From assembly GCF_009914755.1 (NCBI RefSeq), contig NC_060929.1: a stretch of 64,000 nt of DNA. One strand, written 5' to 3'. The notes below the pieces were generated by a model. The model saw only the letters and a program-made list of their open reading frames with translations. It was not told the origin of the DNA and searched no databases. Every line of letters starts with the position of its first letter. Within the stretch, counting starts at the first letter, position 1. The stretch is from the human T2T-CHM13v2.0 reference genome, Homo sapiens. Below, piece by piece: positions 14,856 through 32,537 of this stretch. The position numbers and the translations under genes are program-made.

Positions 14856-17819
14856 TTAGAATTACATGCTTTCTATGTACGTTCTTATATAGGTTAACCA
14901 TTACTTAAATTTTCACTAAGGTTTTAGAAACTTTGCTTTACTAGGAGCAAAGGAAACATTTTCAGGTATCACCTTTTTTCTTTGTTTCAGTATAGAAGTG
15001 TGTGATGGACTTTGTAATATGGAAAATCCAGTCACTATCGCATTTCCTGACCATTCTGAATCTACTCCAAATTTATGTATTTGGCTAAGTACCATTACTT
15101 TGTGATGCCTGTTTACTTTTAATATATTTAATAAATTTGCTATAGGAGAGTAATTAAGGGGAACTAAACAATGTAGTTGTTTCAGATAATTATTAATGAT
15201 AACATATAATGGTAATATGTAATTAATTATAGGTCAATATAACTTATTAATATACTATATAATTAATGATAGATCAGTATTTCAATTATTTACAAGCATT
15301 TATGTTGGGGATGATGTATGAGAATCTTTATGTAGATTTATATACAATAGAAAATTTTACAAAGGAAGAAGCCAATTTCTTTCTCCTACACACACACACA
15401 TTTTTTGTTTTGTTTTTGTATAGTTCTTTTTTCTCCCCTCCTCAACATTTTAACCTCCCAGGTAGAGACAGTTTCTGTCAATATAAGTCTTAAGTCTTTT
15501 AGTAAATTACATGGCTTCAGATATAATGGTGGGGGCACTAACATTTCTTTAGTGCCTGCTAAAAGTGTGATGCACTTTTGTACATTTCTTTTGAATTTAT
15601 GAATTTGATGGCTTGCATGTTCTTTTTGTGATCTGGAACCAATTTTAGGTCATATCATTTATCCAAGGAGACCCAGTTATAAAATGATACTGGGATTTGA
15701 ACTTGGGTGTTTCATACTCTAAACCTGAAATAAATGTAAATGGTAAAAGTCTGTAGTAAACTATTAATGGTCCTGGATTTAATAGAAGTTTCAGCTATTT
15801 GGGAGCAACTCTAAAGGTCTATGTTGAAATATTTGCAGTTTTGCTGAGATTACTTCCTCTCATTAGAAGCAAGACCCTAAGATATTCATGCTCCTGGCTA
15901 ACAGTCTTGTGTCTATATCTTGCTTTGGCTTTGTTCTGTTTGAGATTGTCCTAAACTATAACTTCTGTGAAGTTATAACATGTTTCTTTGTAAAAAAATT
16001 TCCTGAAAAAGAAAGCCAGCTGCTAGAAGTGGAGAGAGAATAAAGAGGCCTGAGAAGGTGGTGGATCTTAGCTAGAAAACAGACATTTTTGAATAAATTT
16101 AACAATGGAATGTTGAATTCAGTGAGTCTTTGATCTTGACGCACATCAATCCTCCATGCCTTAGAGGTAAAAAAAAGTTAATTTGTGAAACATTTTCATT
16201 GAGTGTTCCAGCTCTGTCAAAAATTCTCATGGTCTTTAGACAGACTTCTTGAAAATGTCAGGAATCTTACGTTCATAAATCCTGTCCTCCATCCCTTCTG
16301 TCGCACCCTCAACAATAATATTTGAAAGGAATTTGTTTATTAACAGCTACTACTTTCTAGAAGTTAATATAGTTCTGACAAATATCTTAAAATGTTAACA
16401 TAAACAACAGTGTCCTAACTTCTGGGATAATAGGGGTTTGCTATGGTGACTATTTCACAATTAATCATAACAAATATAGGAGCTAGACCTTACCTTGGTG
16501 GTTGCCTGTTTTAAGTTTCTGATTTCTTTTCTGTATTTTGGAGCCTGGTTTACCCTGTGTCTGGAACTGGCATTCTAAGATCTAAATGTCTTAGCTTGGA
16601 GATACTTGCTATTATATACACTAATATCATGGATTTTGAAAGAGGATGAAGATGGTGAAGAGATAGACATGGCCTTCAATCTACATTATAAAAATAATGT
16701 AGAAATGTTCTATGCTAGACAAGAGGCAAGCTGTTGCAGGAATGGGACAGAAAGCAGGAAGGGATGTGATTCTTCCATTTTCGGTCTTTCTACAGATGTT
16801 ACTAGAATACACACCCCATGTGAGGATTTAGCTTATGGGTACAGATATTATAAAGCATAGAGAGGTTTCGGACTGTTTTCCTGAGAGGGAGTGTGGTGTG
16901 GGGAAAAGAGCAAACCTACCTAGAGTTGAATCTGTGCTCCTAGTAATAGCTGTATGAATTTAGACAAATAATTTAATTCTTATAACTTTGGGATTTTTCA
17001 AGTTCAAACTAAGGGTGATAATACTAGAATTTTCACGATTCTTCAGTTGCATGAGACCAAAACTCTGCTCATACTTAGGGCACTGAAACTAGAAGTATAT
17101 TCTCTTTAGGTACAGATAGACCCTCATGTAGGCCTTCTCCATATGGAGCTCTGTGACATTTCTTTCAGTTGGGTTCAGGAAGCCAAACATAAAGACTTCT
17201 GTTTTCCTTAGTTCTAGCAAAAGTTCCAGGATTGTGTCTCGTTGAAGGATTCCAATCATTTCCCCATCCCTGATCCCATCGTCACAGGGATGATATATGA
17301 TGATAGGCCATATCTGGATTAGGTGCTAATTACTGGAACTAGGAATAGGAAGTGTGGTCAGCTATGTCTAAGCCCTTTGGCCTGAGATTCACAATGGTTA
17401 GAATCACTCGAGGAAGGAGAAGATACTGTGACCCTGGAAGGAGGGAGTAGATGCTGGGTGAGCAAAACGCATTTACTATAGTCCTCTAGCGTGCATACAT
17501 TTCCTCCTTTGTATATATGCCCTTGAAAAAAATGCCCTCACCTATCATTGTGTAAATTTCTTGCTTATAACTTTCGATGCATTTACCACCTGTCCCTCAA
17601 GAAAAGAAGACAACTAAGAGATTTGTTTAAGTACTGCATCTAGCTTTAAGACTAGGATCTCTGGATAATTTCTTTAGCTCTGTTTGAACAGACTGTCTTA
17701 GGGTCTAGCAACTTGCAGTTGACCAGTATAATTAATTGTAGTAAGGCCAGTTTTCAGTGATAGAAGGAAAATAGCATGTGGACAACAAAAACCCTTAATT
17801 GATATCCTACTTCATCACT

Positions 17820-18521
17820 CTTAAGTTCTGCCTGCTGTAAAGTCCTGGACATGGACATAATTCAGGCAAGTGCTTAATCACTTTATAACAAGGATGGCCT
17901 TTCCCCCAGTTTCCAATACTTTGTTCTCATTTCTGTCTGAGACCTCATCAGAATAGCCTTTACTGTTCATATGTCTACCAATATTCTGTTCATGGCAACA
18001 CAGGCTTTTTCTAGCATTCATCTTCAGAACTGTTATAGCTTCTACCCATTACCCAATTCCAGAGCTGCTTCCACATTTTTAGGTATTTGTTATAGCAACA
18101 TGCCACTTCTCTGGTACCAGTTTCTGTCTTAGTCCATTTTGTGCTTCTATAACAGAATACCACAGACTGAGTAATTTAAAAATAATAGAAATTTATTCTC
18201 TCACAGTTCTAGAGGCTGGAAATTTCAAAGTCAAGGTGTAGACATCTCATGAGGGCCTTCTTGCTGTGTCCTCACATGGCAGAAAGCCGAAGGGCAAGAG
18301 AGGGATGAACTGTGTGTCCTCACATGGCAGAAGAGAAGAGAACACATTCCTGCAAGCTCTTTTTGTACCAGCATTAATCCATTCATGAGGACTCCACCAT
18401 CATGGTTTAGGTTTAGGTTTGAGACCTAAACACCTTCCAAAAGTCCACACCTTCCAATACAATGACCCTGGGGAAGTTTTCAATACATGAATTATGGAGA
18501 GCACACATTCAAACTATAGCA
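17820..18521 (-). mobile_element. MaLR element: MST/MLT1A-type LTR (18125-18521) plus adjacent internal sequence (~17820-18124)
   Basis: tgtcttagtccattttgtgcttctataacagaataccacagactgagtaatt...cacattcaaactatagca; internal motif ccacttctctggtaccagtttc abuts the LTR. Confidence 0.8.
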
Positions 18522-18649
18522 ACTGGAAGAGGGAAAAAGGGGAAACAGCCCACAGAGATATCTCATCCATAATACAGGTATATTTCACTGGATAGATATG
18601 ACAAGGATTTTTTGCCCTGGCAGTGGAATAAGATTTTTGCTTAGCCAAT

Positions 18650-20361
<1,712 letters not shown>

Positions 20362-20487
20362 TCTGATTTATGAGAACAGCAATTTACCAGCTATTTTGCT
20401 TATTAAGAATTGCTGACTTCTTACCCTAAAGTAGAGGATTACCAAGTTTCCTTCACTTTCTGTTATTGACTCAGTCCCACATTTTAG

Positions 20488-20782
<295 letters not shown>

Positions 20783-20849
20783 TGGTATAATTTTTTATGT
20801 TTGTTAGGCTAGTTTTGGATGCCAGTGGCAGACACCTATTTAACAATTT

Positions 20850-21770
20850 AGTCCTTCCCATCTTTGTAAATGGCAGCTCCATCTTTGTTTTTGCCCTGAC
20901 CCCAGTGTGAGCAAAGTTATCCTTGATTCTTTTCCTTTAGTTCTTCAACTTAGTCTTTCAGCATACTCTGTTTTCTTCAAAGAAATACCTATAATCTGAC
21001 TTGCTCTCACCACCCCTACTTCTATCATCCTGGTTCGGCAACATCCTTTTTCTCCTTCTGCATGATTCCTAAAAAGTCTCCCCACTACTACTGTTGCTCT
21101 AAATAAATAGCCTGTGTTATCCTTTTTAGACATAAGAGATCATGTCTTTTCTTGCTCAGAATCTTTCAGGGGTTTCCCACATAAAAGCTCAAGTCCTTAA
21201 AATGAGCTATAGTTTCATGGTCCTGCTTTCCTTCCTTCATGCAGGATCTTTCTCTGAACTAGTTCTTCTCTGAACTGTAGTTTAAAATGGGCCACGGTTT
21301 TGTGGTTCTGTTCTCCCTCCCTCATGCGGGATTTTTTTACTATTTTCTCCACCATTCACTGCACACAGGCCTCCTTGTTTTTCCTTAGATAGACATTTTG
21401 TACTTTCTGTTCTCTGCTTAGAATGCCCTTCTTCCAGATAGCGGTTCCTTTAGCTAACCATGTGACTAACTTCCTTATCTCCTTCAGGTCTTTGGTAAAT
21501 GTCACTTTATCTGTAAAGTCTTTAATCACTCAACATAAATTTGAAATCTCCTACCTACTTCATACTTACCTTTTTCTGCTTTTAAAAATAGTGCTTATTA
21601 CTACCTAACACTGTGTATTTTACTTACTTATTTTGTATTTTGTTTGTTTCCTCTTTCTAGAATATAATCTCCAGGAAGGCAAGAATTTTTACCTGTTGTA
21701 TAGGAAAACTCATGGCACACAGATAGCATAGTAGGCTTTCAGCAAATATTTGTTGAACGAATTAATAAAT
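20850..21770 (+). mobile_element. L2 3' region
   Basis: ttctctgcttagaatgcccttc...ctagaatataatctccaggaaggcaag...catagtaggctttcagcaaatattttgttgaacgaat (L2 3' end). Confidence 0.7.
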
Positions 21771-22979
21771 AAGAAAAAAAAAATGTGTCGTTGCCTCACG
21801 TAACCATTAACTCTGAAACTCTGAAGGGACTTAGAATACCCTGTTTGCAAACAAGCAAGTTACCTTGCCATACTTTTATATACATACATTAATAGAAGAG
21901 CCCTGGGTCAGAGACTCAGAGGGTTTATTGCAGTAAAAGCAGTGGCCAGAGAAATATCTTAGTGCTAGTTCTCCCTGCCCCATCTCTGTGACAAAACAAT
22001 GTGATGAGGGCCAGATGTTTACCTACACATGCAGCAGATTTGCATCATAGGAGAGGAGCCTTGAAATGAGGAGACTCCAAGCTTGTATAGGGTGTTGGCA
22101 CATCTGCCATCCTCCCCTGCAGAGCGAGAGAGAGATTACTTATTAAACACATCGCTTCCAGAGGAGAGGGAGAAGGTATCTTTAGGTTTCTTACCCTAGA
22201 ATATAAGTAAATGTTTCCAGGGAGGGGAAGGAGAAGGCTTAATTTCTCCAAAGCTCTTTGGAGTTTTCTATCTTTAGGGAGATACTGTCTCTAGCTTCCA
22301 AGGCTGTCTGTTATGCAAATATCCATTTGTAGTACATTTTGGTCAGAAGATTCTGTGCAGGAACATGAGAAATGCAGAGTGAATTGTTTCCCAGCAGTAA
22401 TTCTGAATTCCAGCAGCTATATCTATTTACATCTGAACTCATATATAGGGGCAAAATATTTTCAGACATTTCTCCGTTTCTCTTCTCTTGGTTCTTTGTT
22501 TGGGTTGCTTGATTGTCTAGTAGGTACTTATCATCATCTTTCAGTTTAGCAACCTTGGCTGAAAGATGACTTTCCTTCCTGATTAGCTTCTGCAAAAATG
22601 TTGGGATTCAGTATTATCTGTTCAATTTGGGTAACATACCTATTCCTAAACTACTGCTTGCGAGAAGGAATATGCTGATTTCCCAGACCCGGATTATGTT
22701 CCTACCCCAGAAACATTAGAGTGCTGGTGATCAATGCCACCCAAACCGTGTGGATTGATGATAAGAGAAGGATAGTTTGGGAAAAGAAAATTAAGATGCT
22801 GCTACCAACAGAAGGGGAGATAGATGCTTCAGAGTAAAAAACAACACAGGTCTATTACTTACATGCACATGCAACTCACAATCATTTAAAAAAATATAAT
22901 CTTACTGTATATAGATATAACTACTTCATTTATTTTTTACCTACCACATATCATGAACAAGAAATTTTCTTTGAAAACA

Positions 22980-23360
<381 letters not shown>

Positions 23361-23456
23361 TTAAAATAAATATTTAGTTTATCAGAATTGGATTTTGAAA
23401 AACTAAGGGGATATTTATTAGAGAAGTGGGGAGAGTAGAGATGGGAAAGAGAAGTA

Positions 23457-23620
23457 GAGCCAGGACTAGGGTAAGGCAAGAGAGTTGCCTAGGACACAAA
23501 ATATGAGACATAATCACTTTTAGGGTCATGCAGCTGCAGGGTGGCACTTGCATGATCCTGAGAGTATCTCCTTAAATTTTGCGCCCCAGGTATTTCTTTT
23601 GCATCACCCTAGTCCCATTT
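23457..23620. mobile_element. MER96-like palindromic MITE
   Basis: Terminal inverted repeats ggactaggg (23463-23471) / ccctagtcc (23607-23615); inner gggtcatgca / tgcatgatcc. Confidence 0.75.
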
Positions 23621-24029
23621 GTGAAGACAAGCATATTTCAGGGAATAGGAACTATTTTTTGGCTATGAATGTGCGTTAGAGATGAAAGTATGTGTAATTG
23701 AGGAAGTTCTTGGGGAAGATTAAGGTGCATTAGAAAGCAGTCATTATGCATTTTCAACTGTTATGTATGGAAACGTTTGCTGAGTCTGGTAAGCATGATA
23801 ATACCTTTGAAGTAACGCAAGGAATATAATTTTTTTGATTCATAGGTTTATAGTAGTTTGAATTTTAAAAAGTTCCATTTAGAGATGCCACCAAAAAAAG
23901 TTGTTACTTTTAACCCAAATCTTTTCAATATCAAAGAAAAATGCTTTTTGTTTCATTGGAAAATAAAAATTATAGAAAAGACTGAGTTAGAGATTGAGAC
24001 ACAATACATGGGTCCTGTGACTAGCTTAC

Positions 24030-24180
24030 TTTCTTTTCTCTTTTCTTTTTTTTTGACAGGGTATTGCTCTCTTACCCATGCTTGAGTACAGTGATGTGAT
24101 CACAGCTCATTGCAGGCTTGACCTCCTAGGCTCAAGTGATCCTTCTGCCTCAGCCTCTTGAGTAGCTAGGACTACAGTGG
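24030..24180 (-). mobile_element. Alu monomer/AluJ fragment
   Basis: gacagggtattgctct...cacagctcattgcagg...gagtagctaggactacag. Confidence 0.8.
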
Positions 24181-24542
24181 GCTAGCTTTCCTGAGCAAGA
24201 TACTTGACACTGCTCAATATTGGGCATGGAATCTCAGTTGAATAGTTGTCTTTCTTGAACTTAGGTCTGTGGAAATAACCATTTCCATAGCAAAGTGAGA
24301 GACTAGAACAGGGAATTCTAAATAATGCAACTATCTTTGCTGATAGAGAAGAGAGTTTAAACATTTTTCATATTAATTGGATGATCTAGTAATTTTTGGG
24401 TTTGTCTTTGGAGTGGAATTGGATACATATATAATGTGTTTTGTTCCTCAGAAAGCTGTATGAGTAATACTGTTTACTGAACTATACCCTGGGGATTTAA
24501 TTAAAGATGATGTGTTGAAAGCAGTCAAAAGTGAAGTCATGA

Positions 24543-24865
<323 letters not shown>

Positions 24866-25633
24866 TAAAAATAATTTTGTCATGAATTTTATCGTTTTAT
24901 ATAACAACTCTTGTTGATGCCTTACTTTACACCAAAGTGTACAAATCAGAGGAAACCATAATTCATTTTGGAATTTCATTCATTTGGTAGTCACTTGTTT
25001 GATGGCTACTGTGTTCCAGGTACTATGCAAGTGGCTGACTGTGTTAAGATAGAAATTCTTGTCTCATTTATGTCACAGTTTTATGGAAGAAGAGAAATGT
25101 ATTAACACTTTAATTACATATAGATTAGATTTCCAACCAATTCTAGCTTTAGGAGCTTTGCTATATCTAGAAGGGAATAAAATGTTTTCCTAAGGGCGAA
25201 GGCACCCTTTGGAAATGGTTAAAAGATTAGAAAAGTAGACTTGGAGAATATGCCTGACATGCTGTGTTTGATCTGTTTGCTGACCAGAAGGAGAGGAATA
25301 ATCTTGTTGGTAACATTTATGGAATGTCATCTGATTGATGTGAAAGTCAAGGCAGTAGAGGAAATGATGGGAGACAGAGTAGGCAAACAAAAAAGAAGAA
25401 CTTGGAAGAAGGGGAGAGTTTATGATAAACCAGGAAGTTGGGATTAAAAATAGTATGGCACAGGCAAAAAGTGAGACGTTGTAACAGGGCTGTAAACTAC
25501 ATATATTGACCTCAGTGATAAAGGAGAGAGTGACCAAGAAAACCTCTCAGAAGAGTTCACAGTTTTCAAGGACTGAAGGGAGAACAGCCAATTCAAGGAT
25601 CATACTTTGGCATACTGAAGCCTATGAGGCAGA

Positions 25634-25949
25634 GGCCAGGCGCAGTGACCCATGCCTGTAATCCCAGCATTTTGGGAGGCCGAGATGGGTGGTGGATCAC
25701 CTGAGGTCAGGAATTCGAGACCAGCCTGACCAACATGGTGAAACCCTGTCTGTACTAAAAATGCAAGAATCAGCTGGGCGTGGTGGTGCATGCCTGTAAT
25801 CCCAGATACTCAGGAGCCTGAGGCATGAGAATCACTTGAACCCAGGAGGTGGAGGCTGAGTGAGTCGAGATCATGCCAGAGCACTCCAGCTTGGGTGACA
25901 GAGTGAGACTCCATCTCAAACAAACAAACAAGCAAATAAATAAATAAAA
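25634..25949 (+). mobile_element. AluS, sense
   Basis: ggccaggcgcagtg...tail caaacaaacaagcaaataaataaa. Confidence 0.94.
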
Positions 25950-26093
25950 CATATGAAGTGGAGAAAGTATGTGTTTGCTGGGGGAATCCTTCCCAAACCT
26001 TCCCCAGCCTTTGAAAAAGTTTTTCTTATGTACTTAATTACTACTTTAGGCTGTAATAATATTTTAACAAGCATAATCACTGGCTTCTTCTGA

Positions 26094-26421
<328 letters not shown>

Positions 26422-26707
26422 TGATGTAAACGTGGAGAAAAACATGAATTACCTCTTGAAAACTGAGGGAATAGGTTGGAGGAGAAGGTAACAATACATT
26501 ACTGTTTCGGAAAGTTAGAGAAAGATAGGGGAGGGAGTAAGCAATGGATAGATAAGTTAGGTAAGTGTAGCATTCTTATTTTTAACGTAGCAATTGTCAT
26601 AAGCTGTCACAGTTAATTTCCAGGAATAGCCAAGTATACTGAAAGTGTACATTTTTATCTCTTTCTCTGTAGTGAACAGTTCTGACTCCTTGAATTTCTT
26701 CTTGCAG

Positions 26708-26853
26708 CTCATGTTTTTTGGCTAGACCTATGACCATTTTCGCTAGACTTCACTGCACGTTTTCTCAAGTATCTTCTTTGTCCCTAATGTGTGACACCTC
26801 ATCATGGACACGCTACTTTAGCTAAGGCATGACCAGCAATGAACAGTAGTAAG
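26708..26853 (+). other. FER: FER non-coding exon 2 (146 nt, 5' UTR)
   Basis: Acceptor tttcttcttgcag|CTCATG, donor AAG|GTAGGA; unique sequence between Alus; matches recalled FER 5' UTR. Confidence 0.8.
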
Positions 26854-27269
26854 GTAGGATTACTTTATTCTTCTTAGTAAGTTACTAAACCGTTTTTTAT
26901 TTTGGGTCTCTGAAATTGTGACTTGTCTTGATTTTGTAGTATTCTTTATGTTAGATTATTCTACTGTCTATGTAGGCTGTTACTGTTTTATATTTGTGTT
27001 TATTTATTTTTTGCTTGTCATCTATCCCAATGATTTTACCTCATTTGTGACATAATTATTTTTCTCAACTAACACTTATAATTAGCAGAATCCCAATCTG
27101 TATCTCTTCCTCAATCTGTGTGCCCACCAGTCCTATATTTTCAACCATTTGGCACCAAACTGAACATATCATATTTTTCTTCTCAAATACTTGCACTTTG
27201 TTCTGATTTCTGTATTTCCATTAATAGCATTATTAATCTCATTGTCTAATATAATCATATATTCATTGA

Positions 27270-28390
<1,121 letters not shown>

Positions 28391-28509
28391 CCTTTTAGAA
28401 AACTATCTTTCTTGTTAACTGATGGATTGCTTATTTTAGCAAAAGGCACTTAGCTATAGTGCTAGAAATAATATTAGTGCTGGAAATAAAGCATCTGGCA
28501 AATTTGTAA

Positions 28510-28878
<369 letters not shown>

Positions 28879-29090
28879 TAATTATGAGTTGAATTTTATC
28901 TGACTTCAGAGTCTTTCTGGAAGTAAAAACAATTGGTCTATACTTTTATACTGAGTTTTAAGTCTACTATCCCTTGTGCTCTTTTAAAAGAGATAATTCT
29001 TTTAAGATTTTTGGCCAGTCCGAAATCTTCCCAGACTGTTAATTCAAAGTTCTAATATGTAATTTTATTGTTATTTATTTCAAAGATTTC

Positions 29091-29290
29091 CTTTTTTCTT
29101 TCTTTATGGGACAGAGTCTCGCTGTATTGCCCAGGCTGGAGTGCAGTTGCACAATCACAGCTCATTGCAGCCTGGAGACGGAGACAGAGTTTTGTTATGT
29201 TGTGCAGGCTGTTCTCCTGAGCTCAAGCCATCCTCCCACCTCAGTCTCCCAAAGTGTTGGGACTACATCTGTGAACTACAGTGCCTGGCC
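29091..29290 (-). mobile_element. AluJ with internal deletion
   Basis: Right-arm sequence jumps to left-arm sequence at cctggagacggagacagag. Confidence 0.85.
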
Positions 29291-29557
29291 TATTTGGAGA
29301 TTTTCAAGCATCTCACCCTTAGATGTATGTCATACTAACCTCACTTGAAAGCATCTAGCTTGTCTAAATTCTTAGGAGGTTCATTTATTATCTTTTTGGT
29401 TTTACAGCTTCATCAGAGGATATTTATATTCAGCTTCTTAGGATTGATATTTCAGGTGCAAAGTGAAATGGAATAAACCTTAAAATAAATCTGTGTATTA
29501 TTCGTTTCTTCTAAATTCATCAGTAGTCCTACCTTTCATTTTTTTCTCTGAAAAAAA

Positions 29558-29848
29558 ATTTTTTTTTTTGAGATGGAGTCTCACTCTGTCACCCAGGCTG
29601 GAGTGCAGTGGTGTGATCTCGGCTCACTGCAACCTCTGCCTCCCGGGTTCAAGCAGTGTTCTGTCTCATCCTCCCGAGTAGCTGGGATTACAGGTGCCCG
29701 CCACCATGCCCAGCTAATTTTTGTATTTTTAGTAGAGACAGGGTTTCACCATGTTGGCCAAGCTGGTCTTGAACTCCTGCCCTTGTGATCCACCTGCCTC
29801 GGCCTCCCAAAGTGCTGGGATTACAGACTTGAGCCACCATGCCCGGCC
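29558..29848 (-). mobile_element. AluS, antisense
   Basis: Full Alu reverse complement. Confidence 0.95.
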
Positions 29849-30509
29849 CCTCTGAAGAATTTTTAAGATGTTTTCTCAAAAAAGTTAGTGTGTGTGCTGT
29901 CTATAAAAGGCATTTGGTTATCTGTTTTAACTATTTTATTTTTATCCTTAAACAGTTCTATTTTTTCCACTTTGCATATGGTTATCTTTTGAGTTTTAGA
30001 GCTGAGAGGTAGTAGTAGAATTTTAGTAGTAGTAGGATTTTATAACTGAAAAATGCCTTGGAGATTATTCCACTTCCTTCTCCTTTAGCTGGGACCTAGA
30101 GAGGTTCTGTGACCTGCCCAAGATCATGTAGCTGGCTTTCATAATTGTTGAGGCTAGTGCTGCTTTCACTCATCATGCTTCAAACTGGTCTCCTCTCATG
30201 CTTTCTGTATTTCTCTCTTTTCAACATTTATTGAAAATGTTCAGTGCCACATCAAAATTGAGTATATAGGACAATGAACACCTATATTACCTTTTACCTG
30301 GACTCACTGTTAACATTTTGCCACATTTTCTTTCTTCACATATTTATATATGTAAAAAATATGTTAAAAAATCATTTGAAACAATATTAAAGACATCATG
30401 ATAACTTAAAACTTTTAGCATGCAGATCCTGAGAACATGGGTAATTTCCTACATAATCACAGTACCAATATCATATATAAGAAAATAACCATAACATTAA
30501 GAATGTATT

Positions 30510-30876
30510 TGTCTTTTTGTTCATTTTGGCTGCTATGACAAAATACCTGAGACTGAGTAATTTATAAACAACAGAAATTTATTTTGCATGGTTAGGGAGT
30601 CTAGGAAGTCCAACATCAAGACACCAGCAGGTTTAGTGTCTGGAGAAGGCTTGTTCTTCATAGTTTGTGCCTTTTTGGTGACCTCATATGACAGGAGGGA
30701 TGGAACTGCGAAGGGGGAATGCAGCTCTCTGCAGCCTCTTTTATAGGGCATTAATTCTGTCTATGAGTGCAGATCATTCATGGCCTAGTCACCTCCTGAG
30801 GGCCCCTACTCTTAATACTGTCACCTTGGGGGGTTAAGTTGAATTTTGGAGGGACACATATATTCAAACCATAGTA
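30510..30876 (-). mobile_element. MaLR LTR (MST/MLT1A-type) inside an old L1 3' fragment
   Basis: ggctgctatgacaaaatacctgagactgagtaatttataaacaacagaaattta...attcaaaccatag. Confidence 0.8.
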
Positions 30877-30919
30877 GTGTTTAATGCAGTGGTTCGTATT
30901 CAGATCTCCCCTGTTATGC

Positions 30920-30966
30920 CATATATATATGTATGTATATATATATACACATATATATGTATATAT
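30920..30966. repeat. (TA)n/(TG) microsatellite
   Basis: atatatatatgtatgtatatatatatacacatatatatgt. Confidence 0.85.
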
Positions 30967-31784
30967 TTTGTTGTTGTTGTTATAGGATTCAAGCAGGTTT
31001 CATGTATTGCATTTGCTTCTTATGCCTCTTTATTCTTTTTTATTTTCAAACAGCTGCTTGCTTTTTTTTTCATGATCTGTATTTTCTTTTAAGAGATAAG
31101 ATTTGTATGTACTTAACATCTCTTCTGGGAATTGCCTGGTTTCTTAGAATACTATTCAACCAAAATTTATTTGCAGTTTGCCTCTTTGTTTAAATTCCCT
31201 GAGATAGCTGGAGATAACATTGTCATTTCCAAGCTTTTTTTTCCTCAAAACATAATTTCAACTTTAAATATACATGACATTGGCTGTGGTTTTTACATTT
31301 GGTTGCATTAAGTTAAAGATAAGAAAACTGGGAGATGTATGTTGGACTTGATCTGCTGGCACTAGTCAGCAATTGAAATTCAAGGCGTTCCTCCTCCACC
31401 CTCCATTGCCTATACTCACCTTCTAACCAGGAATTCTATCTAGGAATATGTATCTATTAATAGTAGCTTTGGACATTATAAAGCAGTAGCAGTCTAGTCT
31501 TTCAGAAATGCATACTTTCAAGTCAGAAGTAGATTAAAATGCAAATGATGTGTAAGCAAGTACATAGAGACACTCAGAGCTAAGCACAATCAGAAAAGAT
31601 TTAATTAAATACCCTCTCTCTCTGGTACTTGTGTAGAACTGTCACTCAGCGAGTGTTCTCTTTTACCTTCTTTCCGTGCTTTTGCGTTTCATAGATTTGG
31701 TAGGTTTTCTTTGAGAAGGGTATGAAATTTGGAACGAGTGTAGCTTTTTTAGGAAGAGGTAGGGATAACTTTTAAGTAGGATAT

Positions 31785-32537
31785 TTACTTTTATTTATTA
31801 ATTTTTTATTATTTTAAGCTCAGGGTTACATGTGCAGGATGTGCAGGTTTATTATATAGGTAAACATGTGCCATGGTGGTTCGCTGCACAGATCATCCCA
31901 TCACCTAGGTATTAAGCCCATCATCCATTAGCTATTCTTCCTGATGCTCTCCCTTTCCCCACACCCCTGCTGTCCCACAGGCCCCAGTGGGTATTGTTCC
32001 CCTCCCTGTGTCCATGTGTTCTCATTGTTCAGCTCCCACTTAGGAGTAAGAACATGTGGTATTTGGTTTTCTGTTCCTACGTTACTTTGCTGAGAATTAT
32101 GGCTTCCAATTCCATCCATGTCCTTTCAAAGGACATAATCTCATTCCTTTTTATGGCTGCATAGTATTCCATGGTATATATGTACACTTTTTTTTAATCC
32201 ATTCTATCATTGATGGCCATTTAGGTTAATTCCGTGTCTTTGCTGTTGTGAATAGTGTGGCAGTGAACATATGCATGCATGTATCTTTATAATAGAATGA
32301 TCTGTATTTCACTGGGTATATACCCAGTAATGGGATTGCTGGGTCAAATGATATTTCTGTCTCTAGGTCTTTGAGGAATCGCCACACTGTCTTCCACAAT
32401 GGTTGAACTAATTTACACTACCACCAACAGTGTAAATGCATTCATTTTTCTCCACAACCTCACCAACATCTGTTGGTTTTTGACTTTTTAATAATAACCA
32501 TTCTGACTGGTGTGAGATGGTATCTCATTGTGGTTTT
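31785..32537 (-). mobile_element. L1PA 3' end (3' UTR plus ORF2 C-terminus), copy 1
   Basis: ttttaagctcagggttacatgtgcagg...gaggaatcgccacactgtcttccacaatggttgaact. Confidence 0.92.

Noticed and set aside
18404-18420. Telomere-like (TTTAGG)n
   Set aside because: Fewer than three units, not TTAGGG, and inside a MaLR LTR
21800-22420. Possible old ERV LTR remnant
   Set aside because: Too degenerate to assign ends or a family by eye
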